NCBI RefSeq assembly: GCF_000421765.1
Contig: NZ_ATXQ01000009.1
Coordinates: 3,932-35,931, forward strand
Length of the DNA: 32,000 nt
DNA from: Denitrificimonas caeni DSM 24390
Lineage (GTDB): Bacteria > Pseudomonadota > Gammaproteobacteria > Pseudomonadales > Pseudomonadaceae
Direction: 5' to 3'
The notes under the pieces are model-generated. The model ran no database searches. It was not told where the DNA came from and worked only from the letters and a program-made list of their open reading frames with translations. Made by a program: the position numbers and the translations under genes. Position 1 is the stretch's first letter; each line of letters opens with the position of its first letter. Positions 1 through 10,855 of the stretch are shown one piece after another.

Positions 1-638
1 GCTAAGGTGTCGCCGGTGGGTGGCTTAGTGAATTTGTAGGCACCGTGACTGGTACCAATAGCGATGGCTAAGGCATCCACTTTGGTTTGCTTAACAAAAT
101 CAGCGGCTTCTTCTGGATCAGTGAGCATTTGCTCCATATCCAATACGCCTTCTGCGCCGATGCCGTCTTCTTCGCCGGCCATTCCGGTTTCTAAACTGCC
201 TAAGCAGCCCAGTTCACCTTCAACCGAGACACCACAAGCGTGTGCTAAGGCAACAGTGCGACGGGTGACGTCAACGTTGTAGTCGTAGTCCATAGGCGTT
301 TTGCCGTCTTCACCGAGTGAGCCGTCCATCATTACTGATGAGAAGCCCAACTGGATGGAGCGCTGGCACACATCTGGGCTGGTGCCGTGGTCTTGGTGCA
401 TACACACCGGAATGTGTGGGAATTCTTCGATCGCCGCTAAAATCAGGTGACGCAAGAAAGGTGCACCGGCATATTTACGTGCGCCAGCCGAGGCTTGCAC
501 GATCACTGGTGAGTCGGTTTTATCCGCTGCTTCCATGATGGCGCGCATTTGTTCTAGGTTATTGACGTTAAAGGCTGGAACGCCGTAGCCAAACTCGGCA
601 GCGTGATCCAGCATTTGACGCATGCTAATAAGAGCCAT
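1..638 (-). CDS. fba: Fructose-1,6-bisphosphate aldolase, class II (N-terminal ~212 codons; C-terminus lies beyond the window edge)
   Basis: Absent from the ORF track because it runs off the window. Reverse translation from the ATG (complement of 636-638) reads [58 protein letters not shown]...[10 protein letters not shown]...[16 protein letters not shown]. This is a typical class II FBA sequence and stays open to position 1. Confidence 0.93.
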   Translation of the reverse strand, partial: MALISMRQMLDHAAEFGYGVPAFNVNNLEQMRAIMEAADKTDSPVIVQASAGARKYAGAPFLRHLILAAIEEFPHIPVCMHQDHGTSPDVCQRSIQLGFSSVMMDGSLGEDGKTPMDYDYNVDVTRRTVALAHACGVSVEGELGCLGSLETGMAGEEDGIGAEGVLDMEQMLTDPEEAADFVKQTKVDALAIAIGTSHGAYKFTKPPTGDTL

Positions 639-725
639 AATTATTTCCCCGCAAGGTCATTAAAATCGATCCGACCCACCCTAAGTGAGTCGGTAATTAA
701 TCGTCAACGCAGACAATAGGCCGTT

Positions 726-1889
726 TTAGGCTTTTGCGCGTTCTTCTAAAATAGCCACAGCTGGTAAGACTTTGCCTTCCACAAACTCAAGGAAGGCACC
801 ACCACCGGTGGAGATGTACGAAATCTTCTCAGCCACATTGTACTTATCAATGGCTGCCAGCGTATCACCACCGCCTGCAATTGAGAATGCGTCGCTATCA
901 GCAATCGCTTGCGCCAGCACTTTTGTGCCATTGGCAAACTGATCAAACTCAAACACACCGACTGGACCATTCCACAGGATGGTTTTTGAGTTTTTCAATA
1001 ACTCGGCAAACTGCTTGGCGGTTTCTGGACCGATATCCAGGATCATATCGTCTTCAGCCACATCAGCGACGGCTTTAACTGTGGCTTCTGCATCGGCAGC
1101 AAAGGCTTTGGCGACGACGACGTCGACTGGCAAAGGCACGCTGACTTTCGCTGCAATGGCTTTCGCCGTATCAATTAAATCCGCTTCGTACAAAGACTTA
1201 CCGACTGGGAAACCAGCGGCTGCCAAGAAGGTGTTAGCGATACCACCGCCAACAATCAGTTGGTCACACAGATCAGCCAAGCTGGTCAGTACATCCAGTT
1301 TGGTTGAAACTTTTGAACCCGCAACAATCGCGGCCATGGGTTTGGTCGGTGCGCCGAGTGCTTTACCCAGTGCGGCAAGCTCTGCCGATAACAACGGACC
1401 TGCGCAAGCGACTTTAGCAAACTTAGCCACACCATGGGTTGAACCCTGGGCGCGGTGCGCGGTACCAAAAGCGTCCATGACAAAAACATCACAGAGTGCA
1501 GCGTATTGCTTGGCTAACTCATCGGTGTTTTTCTTTTCGCCGCTGTTAAAGCGAACGTTTTCTAGCAGCACGATTTCGCCTGGAGCCACTTCAACGCCAT
1601 TCAGGTAATCGCGTACCAGTGGTACTTCGCGACCCAGTGCTTTACTTAAGTAAGCAGCCACCGGGGCCAAGCTGTTCTCTTCACTAAACTGCCCTTCATC
1701 AGGACGGCCAAGGTGTGAGCAAACCATAACTGCCGCGCCTTTTTCCAAGGCCAAACGGATGGTCGGCAAGGCCGCTACAATCCGTGCATCACTTTGCACA
1801 ACACCGTCTTTTACTGGCACGTTGAGATCTTCACGAATCAATACGCGTTGGTTGGTGAGATCAAGGTCAGTCATATTTAACACTGTCAT
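726..1889 (-). CDS. pgk: Phosphoglycerate kinase
   Basis: 387-aa ORF. It carries the N-terminal [12 protein letters not shown] motif, FGTAHRA, and the C-terminal [10 protein letters not shown] typical of Pgk. It starts 5 nt after the epd stop. Confidence 0.97.
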   Translation of the reverse strand: MTVLNMTDLDLTNQRVLIREDLNVPVKDGVVQSDARIVAALPTIRLALEKGAAVMVCSHLGRPDEGQFSEENSLAPVAAYLSKALGREVPLVRDYLNGVEVAPGEIVLLENVRFNSGEKKNTDELAKQYAALCDVFVMDAFGTAHRAQGSTHGVAKFAKVACAGPLLSAELAALGKALGAPTKPMAAIVAGSKVSTKLDVLTSLADLCDQLIVGGGIANTFLAAAGFPVGKSLYEADLIDTAKAIAAKVSVPLPVDVVVAKAFAADAEATVKAVADVAEDDMILDIGPETAKQFAELLKNSKTILWNGPVGVFEFDQFANGTKVLAQAIADSDAFSIAGGGDTLAAIDKYNVAEKISYISTGGGAFLEFVEGKVLPAVAILEERAKA

Positions 1890-1894
1890 GGAAT

Positions 1895-2956
1895 TCAGTC
1901 CTTTACTGAGCGGTTAGTGGTACAGGCAACGTTTAAAAAGTGTTCAGCAACATCCAGCATGCGATTGGCAAAGCCCCATTCGTTGTCGAACCAAGCGACA
2001 AAATTGAGCATGCGCGGGCCACTCATCCGTGTTTGGCTGGCATCGAAAATAGCCGAATGTGGGTCGTGGTTAAAGTCGCAGCTGGCGTGCGGTAATTCAG
2101 TGTAATCAAGCAAGCCGTGCAACGCACCTTGGGCAGCGGCTTGCTGAAACAGTTGATTGATTTCTGCCGTGTCAGTGTCGCGCTGGGTTTGCACAGTAAT
2201 ATCTAAGCAGGACACGTTAACCGTAGGGACGCGCATCGCTTTGGCTTGAATTTTACCGTTCAACTGCGGCAATAAACGCTCGATACCACGTGCCAAGCCG
2301 GTAGAAACAGGAATCACTGACTGGAACGCAGAACGAGTACGGCGCAAATCTTTGTGGTGATAGGCATCAATCACCGGCTGATCATTCATCGCCGAGTGAA
2401 TGGTGGTGATAAAGGCATGCTCAATCCCCACGCTATTTTCCAGTAATTGCAGCAAAGGCACACCGCAATTGGTGGTGCAAGAGGCATTGGAAACTATCTG
2501 TTCGCTGCCGTTTAAGGATGCATGATTGACGCCATACACGATGGTGGCATCCACATCTTGAGCGCTTTCCATCGGCTGCGAGAGCAGTACACGTGGCACG
2601 CCGGCATCAAGAAAACGCTGAGCATCGGCTCGCGTGGTGTATTGCCCCGAGCATTCAAGAAGCAAATCAATATCCAATGCGACCCAATCAATCTCTTCTG
2701 GCGTTTCGGCACAGAGCACTTTGACGCAAACGCCATCAATGTGCAGACAATCGCCATCCACACGCACTTCACCGGGGAAACGTCCGTGGGTGGAGTCGAA
2801 GCGGGTCAGGTACTCAATACTGGCTTGATCAGCAATGTCATTGAGCGCGATGATTTCAAAGTTGGTTTTATCTTTGCGCTCGCTTAATGCACGCAACACG
2901 CAACGACCGATACGGCCGTAACCATTTAGTGCAACTCGAAATGGGCGTGCTGACAT
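1895..2956 (-). CDS. epd: D-erythrose-4-phosphate dehydrogenase (GAPDH family)
   Basis: 353-aa ORF with [17 protein letters not shown], and the Epd-typical [14 protein letters not shown] and [12 protein letters not shown] segments. It sits between tkt and pgk, as in enteric and Pseudomonas epd loci. Confidence 0.9.
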   Translation of the reverse strand: MSARPFRVALNGYGRIGRCVLRALSERKDKTNFEIIALNDIADQASIEYLTRFDSTHGRFPGEVRVDGDCLHIDGVCVKVLCAETPEEIDWVALDIDLLLECSGQYTTRADAQRFLDAGVPRVLLSQPMESAQDVDATIVYGVNHASLNGSEQIVSNASCTTNCGVPLLQLLENSVGIEHAFITTIHSAMNDQPVIDAYHHKDLRRTRSAFQSVIPVSTGLARGIERLLPQLNGKIQAKAMRVPTVNVSCLDITVQTQRDTDTAEINQLFQQAAAQGALHGLLDYTELPHASCDFNHDPHSAIFDASQTRMSGPRMLNFVAWFDNEWGFANRMLDVAEHFLNVACTTNRSVKD

Positions 2957-3039
2957 GATGATCCTTTCGCGAAAGCTTTACAGAAAGATACCGCGCACAG
3001 TACGAAACTCTACGCGGTACATATTGACGCTAGCAGTGT

Positions 3040-5040
3040 TTACTCGTCGTCCAACAACTCAGCAGCAACGTTGAGTACGTCATTCAGCGAGAAGCCAAAC
3101 ATCTCAAACAGCTGATTGGCTGGAGCCGACTCACCGTAAGTGGTCATGCCAATCACGCGGCCATCAAGACCCACGTATTTGTACCAGAAGTCGGCATGCG
3201 CCGCTTCAATGGCAATCCGCGCACCGACTTCGATCGGCAATACTGCTTGTTTGTACTCGGCATCTTGCGCATCAAACACGCTGGTGCACGGCATGGATAC
3301 GACACGCACTTTATGGCCTTGTTCAGTCAGCGCGTTATAGGCATTAACCGCCAAGCCCACTTCTGAACCGGTCGAAATCAAGATCAACTCAGGCTCGCCT
3401 GCGCAATCTTTGAGGATATAACCACCGCGCTCGATATCAGCAATTTGTGCTGCGCTACGCTCTTGGTGATCAAGGTTTTGACGACTGAAAATCAGTGCGC
3501 TTGGACCATGTTTACGCTGCAGAGCGTACTTCCAAGACACGGCAGACTCCACCGCATCACATGGACGCCAGGTATCAAGATTCGGCGTGGTACGCAGGCT
3601 GGTGAGCTGCTCAATCGGCTGGTGGGTTGGGCCATCTTCACCCAAACCAATGGAGTCATGGGTAAAGACATAGAGCACACGCTGCTTCATCAACGCTGAC
3701 ATGCGTACAGCGTTGCGCGCGTATTCCATAAACATAAGGAAGGTTGCGCCGTAAGGAATCAAACCGCCATGCAATGCCACGCCATTCATAATGGCGCTCA
3801 TACCAAACTCACGCACACCGTAGAATACGTAGTTGCCTGAAGCATCGACATCCGAAACGCCTTTGCAACCGCTCCACAGGGTTAGGTTAGAACCGGCTAA
3901 GTCAGCGGAACCACCGAGTAACTCAGGCAGTAATGGACCATAAGCATTCAAGCTGTCTTGGCTAGCTTTACGGCTGGCAATGCTTGCGCCTTTAGCGGCA
4001 ACTTCAGCAATGTACTGCGCTGCTTTCTCAGCAAAGTCTGCAGGTAAGTCACCGGCCATACGGCGCTTAAACTCAGCCGCCAGTTCTGGGAACTCAGCAG
4101 CATAAGCGGCAAAACGTGCGTCCCACTCAGCTTCGGCTTTCGCGCCCGCTTCATCGGCATTCCACTCTTCGTAGATATCCGCGGGGATTTCAAACGGACC
4201 GTGCGGCCAGTTTAATTCGGCGCGAGTTAAGGCGATTTCATCAGCACCTAAAGGCGCACCATGGCTGGTTTCTTTACCACCACGATTCGGTGAGCCAAAA
4301 CCAATTACGGTTTTGCAGCAAATTAATGTTGGCTTATCGCTTTCGCGAGCCGCTTCAATCGCTACTTCAATTTCGTTAGCATCATGACCGTCAACATTAC
4401 GGATCACGTGCCAGCCGTAGGCTTCAAAACGACGTGGGGTGTCATCACTGAACCAGCCCTGCACCTGACCATCAATGGAAATACCATTGTCATCATAGAA
4501 TGCAGTCAGTTTGTTCAGGCCTAAGGTGCCGGCCAATGAGCAGACTTCATGGGAGATTCCTTCCATTAAGCAGCCATCACCCAAGAACACGTAGGTTTGG
4601 TGATCAACGATGTCATGCTGTGGACGGTTGAACTGCGCCGCCATGACTTTTTCTGCTAAAGCAAAACCCACCGCATTGGCTAAACCCTGACCGAGTGGGC
4701 CAGTGGTGGTTTCAACACCAGCGGTGTAACCGTACTCAGGGTGACCTGGGGTGCGGCTGTGCAATTGACGGAAGTTTTTTAAATCATCCAAATTAACGTC
4801 ATAACCGGTCAGATGCAGCAGCGAATACAGCAGCATTGAGCCGTGGCCGTTAGACAGGACAAAGCGGTCGCGGTCTAACCATTGTGGATTTTTTGGATTG
4901 TGCTTCAGATGATCACGCCACAGAACTTCGGCGATATCCGCCATGCCCATCGGGGCACCCGGGTGGCCACTGTTGGCTTTTTGCACAGCATCCATGCTGA
5001 GGGCGCGAATGGCATTGGCTCGCTCACGACGGCTGGGCAT
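3040..5040 (-). CDS. tktA: Transketolase
   Basis: The ORF track extends to 5109, but homology begins at [28 protein letters not shown]. That ATG (5038-5040) lies 8 nt downstream of AGGAG (complement of 5049-5053). TPP-binding motifs GDGCLMEG and [16 protein letters not shown] are present. Confidence 0.96.
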   Translation of the reverse strand: MPSRRERANAIRALSMDAVQKANSGHPGAPMGMADIAEVLWRDHLKHNPKNPQWLDRDRFVLSNGHGSMLLYSLLHLTGYDVNLDDLKNFRQLHSRTPGHPEYGYTAGVETTTGPLGQGLANAVGFALAEKVMAAQFNRPQHDIVDHQTYVFLGDGCLMEGISHEVCSLAGTLGLNKLTAFYDDNGISIDGQVQGWFSDDTPRRFEAYGWHVIRNVDGHDANEIEVAIEAARESDKPTLICCKTVIGFGSPNRGGKETSHGAPLGADEIALTRAELNWPHGPFEIPADIYEEWNADEAGAKAEAEWDARFAAYAAEFPELAAEFKRRMAGDLPADFAEKAAQYIAEVAAKGASIASRKASQDSLNAYGPLLPELLGGSADLAGSNLTLWSGCKGVSDVDASGNYVFYGVREFGMSAIMNGVALHGGLIPYGATFLMFMEYARNAVRMSALMKQRVLYVFTHDSIGLGEDGPTHQPIEQLTSLRTTPNLDTWRPCDAVESAVSWKYALQRKHGPSALIFSRQNLDHQERSAAQIADIERGGYILKDCAGEPELILISTGSEVGLAVNAYNALTEQGHKVRVVSMPCTSVFDAQDAEYKQAVLPIEVGARIAIEAAHADFWYKYVGLDGRVIGMTTYGESAPANQLFEMFGFSLNDVLNVAAELLDDE

Positions 5041-5133
5041 TACTAAATCTCCTGAAGCTAAAAATAAAATAAAGACGGCTATTTTCGCCCACCTAAGCGT
5101 AGGGGGCAACGTTTGTAGTTAAGCAAAGGCGAG

Positions 5134-5139
5134 ATTATA
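5134..5139 (-). promoter_or_regulatory. Candidate -10 box (perfect TATAAT on the minus strand) for tkt
   Basis: The complement of 5134-5139 is TATAAT, about 94 nt upstream of the tkt ATG. No good -35 hexamer was seen at a 17-nt spacing. Confidence 0.3.
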
Positions 5140-5263
5140 GCGGATAACCACCAAGAAGGCGGCATTAAAGACAGCAGGAAAAAGTGCTAGAGAGCGCGGG
5201 TATAGGGTGCAAATGAGGTTTTGGCGCAGAACAGGATAGCTTTGCGAGAGTCAGCAATACCGC

Positions 5264-5298
5264 AACAACAGCCTTACGCCACGCGAAAAGCTGTTGTT
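5264..5298 (-). terminator. Hairpin immediately downstream of metK (9-bp stem AACAACAGC/GCTGTTGTT, 17-nt loop); possible terminator or attenuator
   Basis: Perfect 9-bp inverted repeat at 5264-5272 and 5290-5298, starting 10 nt past the metK stop. No clear U-tract follows on the minus strand. Confidence 0.3.
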
Positions 5299-5307
5299 TT
5301 CAGGGTT

Positions 5308-6498
5308 TTACAGGCCAGCAGAAGCGCGCAATGCTTCAGCACGGTCTGTTTTCTCCCAAGTAAAGGCGGTGAAAGTGTCATCACCGACAGTCATTTCATA
5401 GGGCGTGCGACCAAAGTGACCGTAAGACGCAGTGGCTTGATACATCGGGTGCAGCAAGTCGAGCATTTTAGTGATCGCATAAGGACGCAGGTCAAATACA
5501 TCGCGCACCAGCTTGATGATTTTCTCATCGCTGATCTTGCCGGTACCGAAGGTATTCAAAGAAATCGAAGTCGGCTGCGCGACACCAATCGCATAGGAAA
5601 CCTGAATCTCACAACGCTCAGCAAGACCAGCAGCAACGATATTTTTCGCTACATAACGGCCAGCGTACGCCGCACTGCGGTCAACTTTGGATGGATCTTT
5701 ACCAGAGAACGCACCACCACCGTGACGCGCCATACCGCCGTAGGTATCGACGATAATTTTACGACCGGTTAAGCCGCAGTCACCGACTGGGCCACCGATA
5801 ACAAACTTACCGGTTGGGTTGATGTGGTACTGGGTGTCTTTGTGCAGTAATTCCGCAGGAAGCGTGTGCTTAACAATCAGCTCCATCACTGCTTCTTCTA
5901 AATCTTTTTGCGATACGTCTGGATTATGTTGAGTCGACAGTACCACTGCATCAATGCCAGCAACCTTGCCGTTTTCATAACGACAGGTGACTTGGCTTTT
6001 TGCATCAGGACGTAACCAAGGCAGCACGCCAGTTTTACGCGCTTCAGCTTGGCGCTCCATTAAGCGGTGAGCAAAAGTAATAGGTGCAGGCATCAGTACG
6101 TCGGTTTCATTGCTGGCATAACCAAACATTAAACCTTGGTCACCGGCACCCTGATCTTCTGGGCTAACGCGATCAACACCTTGGGCGATTTCTGCAGATT
6201 GCTTACCAATAATATTGATAATGCCGCAGGTTGCGCCGTCATAACCGACGTCTGAACTGTTGTAACCGATATCGATGATCACATCGCGGACCAGTTGCTC
6301 TAAATCGATCCACGCATTGGTGGTGATTTCGCCAGCAACAATCGCCACACCGGTTTTCACCAATGTTTCGCAGGCCACACGTGCTTGTTTGTCTTCAGTG
6401 ATGATGGCGTCTAACACTGCATCAGAAATTTGATCCGCAATCTTGTCGGGATGGCCTTCAGATACGGATTCAGAGGTAAAAATCGAGTATTCGCTCAT
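5308..6498 (-). CDS. metK: S-adenosylmethionine synthetase
   Basis: 396-aa ORF beginning [25 protein letters not shown], with [12 protein letters not shown] and [19 protein letters not shown], the canonical MetK motifs. Confidence 0.98.
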   Translation of the reverse strand: MSEYSIFTSESVSEGHPDKIADQISDAVLDAIITEDKQARVACETLVKTGVAIVAGEITTNAWIDLEQLVRDVIIDIGYNSSDVGYDGATCGIINIIGKQSAEIAQGVDRVSPEDQGAGDQGLMFGYASNETDVLMPAPITFAHRLMERQAEARKTGVLPWLRPDAKSQVTCRYENGKVAGIDAVVLSTQHNPDVSQKDLEEAVMELIVKHTLPAELLHKDTQYHINPTGKFVIGGPVGDCGLTGRKIIVDTYGGMARHGGGAFSGKDPSKVDRSAAYAGRYVAKNIVAAGLAERCEIQVSYAIGVAQPTSISLNTFGTGKISDEKIIKLVRDVFDLRPYAITKMLDLLHPMYQATASYGHFGRTPYEMTVGDDTFTAFTWEKTDRAEALRASAGL

Positions 6499-6512
6499 GT
6501 CGGTTCCTTTAA

Positions 6513-7514
6513 CTACCGGTGCGTGAGGGTGCTTCGTGAATCCGGCTTGGCAAAATGCCGTAGCTGAATTTGAAAGCCGTTTTTTAAACCCAAGTAAAGA
6601 CTTTCACTGGGTATTAGTCCTGCGGCATCGGCCCACTGGGCCAGTTCGTCCTGATCAAAACCTAACCATAGATCGCCGCAGGCCTGCTTGGCCCAATCTT
6701 GGTCGTGTCGGCATAACTCAGTGATCAATAAACTGCCGCCCGGTTTCAGCAGACGTGCCAATTGGCACAAGGCATCTGCCGGTACAGCAAAATGGTGCAA
6801 GACCATATTGACCACCACACAATCTGCAGCAGCGACGTCATCATGCAACGCATCTGCCAATTGTAATTGCACATTGTGCAAACCATGCTTAGTGCAGGTT
6901 TGTCGTGCCAGTTCGAGCATTTGCGGGCTGTTATCTAAAGCCCGCACCTGCTGAAAACGGCTGGATAATTCTGCGAGAAAACCACCATCACCTGGGCCGA
7001 CTTCAATCGCAGTGGCCTCTTTGGCAAAGGTCAATGAATCTAATAAAGCTAAGAGGCTGTCGCGAAACTGCGGCAAGCCGGCAATTAAATCTTGGCGGCT
7101 TTGAAAATCACCGGCCATGCGCTCAAAAAACTCTTGGCTGGCTTCCGCACGCTGAGCGTGCACATGTTTAATACGCAGTGCCACATCAGCCGGCATGGGT
7201 AATTCGTCAAGGCTGCTCAGTAAAGCGTTATGCAATAACTCATCTGAGCTTTGCTGTTGCGGCAAGCTGCGACGATAAAAAATCGCATTGCCTTCACGTC
7301 GCGAGGTGACCAAGCCTGCTTGAGTCAGCACCTTTAAGTGGTGGCTGATGCCTGACTGGCCGGTTGCAAAAATATGCGCCAGCTCTAAAACACCAAAGGA
7401 GTCATTGCTCAGCGCACGCAAAATATTCAGGCGCAAGGGCTCGCCAGCGGCTTTACAAAAAGCTGCTAGGGCGTCTGTCGGACTGAATGTTGGTAATGGC
7501 GTGGCTGTACTCAT
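6513..7514 (-). CDS. sahR: ArsR-family winged-HTH fused to a SAM-dependent-methyltransferase-like domain (SahR-type SAH-responsive regulator)
   Basis: The N-terminus [43 protein letters not shown] is an ArsR HTH. The C-terminal half has methyltransferase motif I ([10 protein letters not shown]) and [11 protein letters not shown]. The stop codon lies 14 bp upstream of the metK start on the same strand. The architecture matches the described SahR family. Confidence 0.8.
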   Translation of the reverse strand: MSTATPLPTFSPTDALAAFCKAAGEPLRLNILRALSNDSFGVLELAHIFATGQSGISHHLKVLTQAGLVTSRREGNAIFYRRSLPQQQSSDELLHNALLSSLDELPMPADVALRIKHVHAQRAEASQEFFERMAGDFQSRQDLIAGLPQFRDSLLALLDSLTFAKEATAIEVGPGDGGFLAELSSRFQQVRALDNSPQMLELARQTCTKHGLHNVQLQLADALHDDVAAADCVVVNMVLHHFAVPADALCQLARLLKPGGSLLITELCRHDQDWAKQACGDLWLGFDQDELAQWADAAGLIPSESLYLGLKNGFQIQLRHFAKPDSRSTLTHR

Positions 7515-7555
7515 AGGTTGCGCAGTTTAGTCGTAGCAAGCACGCTTCGCAACAG

Positions 7556-7579
7556 CTATATCAATAAAAGTTGATATAG
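7556..7579. promoter_or_regulatory. Candidate operator: perfect inverted repeat CTATATCAA-N6-TTGATATAG upstream of the sahR-like gene
   Basis: 9-bp perfect arms at 7556-7564 and 7571-7579, lying 42-65 bp upstream of the sahR-like ATG (7514) in the divergent intergenic region. Confidence 0.55.
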
Positions 7580-7725
7580 AATAAATCTACGCATTATCGA
7601 GCTTTATGACGAGATACGCTGTGATTAGGCGAGCAATCCACCCACCTTTTGGCAATCAGGCTGAACTGTTCATCATTTTGTAACTCAAACCCGCTACAAA
7701 GTTGTCACCGCAAATATGGAGTTGC

Positions 7726-7920
7726 ATGATGTCTACCTTGAGTGAATTGGCTGAACAAATTTGTCTTCTTTACCCGCTTGAAGATACGCGTGACGGTAAC
7801 CGCTATCGAATTATTGACCAGCTTGGCGGCACCACAGAGTTGGAAACGATTGACGGTGAATCGCGCTACGTATCGACTCGCACACTGCAAGATCAGAATC
7901 TCTGGCGTCAGTCTGCTTAA
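7726..7920 (+). CDS. Small hypothetical protein (~64 aa), no recognised family
   Basis: The ORF track starts at a TTG (7702). ATG codons at 7726 and 7729 follow GGAG (7718-7721) at a 4-7 nt spacing. The product is acidic and soluble-looking. I recognise no motif. Confidence 0.45.
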   Translation: MMSTLSELAEQICLLYPLEDTRDGNRYRIIDQLGGTTELETIDGESRYVSTRTLQDQNLWRQSA

Positions 7921-7948
7921 GCAGCATGTGTCTTGCCGTTTAGCCCAT

Positions 7949-8005
7949 CTTGTGCCAGCCTAAAACCTTGTTTTACGAATATTGCCAACCCCTGCCTGGC
8001 ACAAG
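7949..8005 (+). promoter_or_regulatory. 10-bp perfect inverted repeat (CTTGTGCCAG ... CTGGCACAAG) whose 3' arm overlaps the yccS Shine-Dalgarno
   Basis: Arms at 7949-7958 and 7996-8005 with a 37-nt loop. The SD AAGGA is at 8003-8007 and the yccS ATG at 8014. Confidence 0.4.
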
Positions 8006-8013
8006 GATCATCC

Positions 8014-10209
8014 ATGAGTTCAATCTCTTTTAGTCACTCGCTACGGCGCTTATGGGCGCTGGAGCGATTCGGCCCGAGCTTACGTTTCTTTATTGCACTC
8101 ACCGGCAGCATGACTTGGTGTTGGTATAGCGGCCAAATGGAATTGCTCACACCCTTATTTCTCGGGGTGATTGCCAGTGCCTTAGCCGAATCCGATGACA
8201 GTTGGCAAGGCCGTTTATTTTCATTATGCGTGACCCTGATTTGTTTCTTCTTTACCGCCATGGCGGTCGAACTGCTGCATCCCTATCCGTGGTTATTTAT
8301 TAGCGCTTTATGCGCAGCCACTTTCTGTTTGATCATGCTCGGCGCGCTCGGCGAGCGCTACGCAACGGTTGCTTACGCCACTTTAATCCTAGCGATTTAC
8401 ACCATGATTGGCTTAGAGCAAAGCCGCGACGCTCTGGCGCCAATCTGGCAACAACCAATGTACTTAGTGATTGGCGCGGCGATTTATGGCGTGCTCTCGG
8501 TCGCATGGTATGGGTTGTTTTCTCAGCAGCCGTTACAACACAGCTTGGCGCGCTTATTTCGCGAACAATGCCACTATTTAAAAGCCAAATCAGCGCTGTT
8601 TGAGCCGATTCGTAACGCAGATATCGAAAGTCAGCGCTTGGCCTTAGCCAACCAAAATAGCCGCGTAGTGGCCGCGCTAAATGACACTAAAGCGATTATT
8701 TTGCATCGCGTTGGTGGGCGCAGTAACAGCAAAATCAATCGTTATTTAAAACTGTATTTTCTGGCACAAGACATCCATGAGCGCGCCAGCTCATCACACT
8801 ACCCTTATCAAAAACTGTCAGAAGCTTTTTTCCACAGTGATGTATTGTTTCGTTGCTTACGTTTATTGCGCCAGCAAGGTGATGGCTGTAAAGCGCTGGC
8901 TAAAGCCATTGAACTGCGCCAACCTTTTGATTACGGCGGCGGACACAGCGCTGCACTGGAAGATTTACAAGCGGCGATTGCCTATCTCAAACAGCAAAAC
9001 AATCCTGAATGGCGTGATTTACTGCGCTCACTGCGCGCCCTCGCCAACAACCTCAGCACCCTCGATCACTTACTGCGCGATGCAGCCAACCCTGATGCGC
9101 TGGCCTTAACTCAAGACAATACAATTTTTGACCGCGACCCAAAGACCTTTAAAGAAGCTTTCGAGCGCATCAGTCAACACTTCAGTATTCACTCATTATT
9201 GTTTCGTCATGCACTGCGTTTAAGTATTGCGGTAGCGGTTTGTTATGGCGTAATGCAACTCATGCATGTGAGCCAAGGTTACTGGATTTTATTGACCACA
9301 CTGTTTGTTTGTCGTCCAAATTATGGCGCAACACGTAACCGTTTAGTTGAGCGAATTGCCGGCACAATTTTAGGATTAGCCGCCAGCTGGGTCTTATTTG
9401 AGCTGTTCCCAGAACTGTGGGTGCAATCGCTGATTGCGGTTGCTGCCGGCGTGGTCTACTTCGCGACACGCACCAGCCACTATAAAATCTCCACCGCATT
9501 TATCACCTTGATGGTGCTGTTCTGCTTTAACCAAGTGGGCGATGGCTACAACTTATTCTTACCGCGTTTAACTGACACCTTAATTGGTAGCGCGATTGCA
9601 GGGCTTGCAGTATTTTTTATCCTGCCAGATTGGCAAGGTCGTCGCCTAAACGTGGTGCTCGCGCAAACCCTGCGCAACAACGGCCGCTACCTGAAACAAA
9701 TCATGCAGGAATACACCCAAGGTAAAACTGACGATATGGCATATCGGGTAGCGCGTCGCGATGCGCACAATGCCGATGCGGCGTTATCCAGCACCTTAAC
9801 CAATATGCTCAAAGAGCCGGGTCATTTTCGTCGGCAAACTGATATTGGTTTTCGCTTTTTACTGCTTTCGCACACGCTGCTCAGCTACATCTCAGCACTG
9901 GGTGCGCACCGTGAAAAACTAGCGCATGCGCCAACCTATCTAGTACTCAATCAAGAAGCGCAACTGTTGGCCGACAGCCTCGAGCAAATCGCCCAAAAGC
10001 TGATTAAACGCGAGCCGATTGACGTGCAGAGCGATGCCGAGCAGCAGCAATCCTATCGCTTGCGCGATTTACCGGAAGAGGAAGACGACACCTTGCGCCT
10101 ATTGCAAACGCAGCTGCTATTGATCAGCCAGCAACTGGGTTCAATTCGCACCTTAGCGGCGCATGTACTCAGCAATAGCGAAGCTAAACAGGTCGCTGAC
10201 CTGCAGTGA
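8014..10209 (+). CDS. yccS: YccS/YhfK-family (FUSC-like) integral membrane protein
   Basis: The track ORF starts at 7933, but ATG 8014 follows AAGGA. The sequence is collinear with E. coli YccS as I recall it (GERYATVAYATLILAIYTM, YFLAQDIHERASSSH, GYWILLTTLFVCRPNYGATRNRL, DTLIGSAIAG, AYRVARRDAHNADAAL, SYISALGAHRE). Confidence 0.9.
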   Translation: MSSISFSHSLRRLWALERFGPSLRFFIALTGSMTWCWYSGQMELLTPLFLGVIASALAESDDSWQGRLFSLCVTLICFFFTAMAVELLHPYPWLFISALCAATFCLIMLGALGERYATVAYATLILAIYTMIGLEQSRDALAPIWQQPMYLVIGAAIYGVLSVAWYGLFSQQPLQHSLARLFREQCHYLKAKSALFEPIRNADIESQRLALANQNSRVVAALNDTKAIILHRVGGRSNSKINRYLKLYFLAQDIHERASSSHYPYQKLSEAFFHSDVLFRCLRLLRQQGDGCKALAKAIELRQPFDYGGGHSAALEDLQAAIAYLKQQNNPEWRDLLRSLRALANNLSTLDHLLRDAANPDALALTQDNTIFDRDPKTFKEAFERISQHFSIHSLLFRHALRLSIAVAVCYGVMQLMHVSQGYWILLTTLFVCRPNYGATRNRLVERIAGTILGLAASWVLFELFPELWVQSLIAVAAGVVYFATRTSHYKISTAFITLMVLFCFNQVGDGYNLFLPRLTDTLIGSAIAGLAVFFILPDWQGRRLNVVLAQTLRNNGRYLKQIMQEYTQGKTDDMAYRVARRDAHNADAALSSTLTNMLKEPGHFRRQTDIGFRFLLLSHTLLSYISALGAHREKLAHAPTYLVLNQEAQLLADSLEQIAQKLIKREPIDVQSDAEQQQSYRLRDLPEEEDDTLRLLQTQLLLISQQLGSIRTLAAHVLSNSEAKQVADLQ

Positions 10210-10855
10210 GCCGGAAAAAATCCTGCCCTTCTATTTGGCCACGGCGTAATGGATTTTTCGTGCAGTAGGCGGCGTACTTGGCATCGACAAAACGATAAAG
10301 CAAATGCTCATCACGGCCTTTGCTGATCCCTAAGCGTGTGGTTTGAATAATGTCTTGCACTAGCAAGCCGCAATCTTCAACGTAAAAACGCTCGGCATCA
10401 AAGCGCTGATTATCCCAATCAGGCACTTTCAAACCTAAGCTTTTACACAACAAAGTTTGGCCACTGCAGAGTTTTTGCACCGGCCGTGGCTGGCCTTGGC
10501 GATCGGGGTTATTGGCTTGCAGAATGCTTAAAGTAGACTCAGGCGACAGCGCATCAAAAAAGGGATAAGCGGATTTAATCAACACGGCATTACCCTCGCC
10601 CTTAGCGCTAAAATTCACTGAATCACCACCGCGTGAATAGTACATATAGATGGTGCCGCCATCGGCAAATAACGCTTGACGCTTCTCGGTATAGCCGAGC
10701 GAGGCATGACTGCCTTTATCGGTGAGCAGATAAGCTTCCGTCTCAATAATTCGCGCACTGAGCCAGACACCGTTATTGCGATAGCGAATCACCTTGCAGA
10801 GTAGGTCAGGAGCCAGTTCGAGGGCGGGACGGTTGAAGAAGGAGTCTGGGAGCAT
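10184..10855 (-). CDS. mpg: DNA-3-methyladenine glycosylase (AAG/Mpg family)
   Basis: FFNRPALELAPDLLCK..ARIIETEAYLLTDKGSHASLGYTEKRQALFADGGTIYMYYSRG..NAVLIKS matches the Mpg family pattern (ETEAY...D.ASHA...G..YVY). The likely start is ATG 10855, preceded by GAGG. The 3' end overlaps the yccS 3' end by 26 bp in convergent orientation. Confidence 0.85.
   Translation of the reverse strand: MLPDSFFNRPALELAPDLLCKVIRYRNNGVWLSARIIETEAYLLTDKGSHASLGYTEKRQALFADGGTIYMYYSRGGDSVNFSAKGEGNAVLIKSAYPFFDALSPESTLSILQANNPDRQGQPRPVQKLCSGQTLLCKSLGLKVPDWDNQRFDAERFYVEDCGLLVQDIIQTTRLGISKGRDEHLLYRFVDAKYAAYCTKNPLRRGQIEGQDFFRLTAGQRPV

Noticed and set aside
979-1608. 209-aa ORF on the plus strand antisense to pgk. Similar long antisense or alternate-frame ORFs occur at 5221-5772 (antisense to metK), 12443-12892 and 12588-12902 (in curA), 13146-13514, 2522-2887 and 20702-20974.
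   Set aside because: All lie wholly inside genes with unambiguous homology. They have Ala/Ser/Arg/Pro-rich, low-complexity translations typical of shadow frames, and no SD or start context.
5041-5109. N-terminal extensions in the ORF track: tkt to 5109, yccS from 7933, ahcY from 25740, MAPEG to 25568, mpg to 10894, TetR to 15123 and ligB from 18105.
   Set aside because: In each case homology begins at a downstream ATG that has a better-placed Shine-Dalgarno. The ahcY extension would also run through the riboswitch aptamer.
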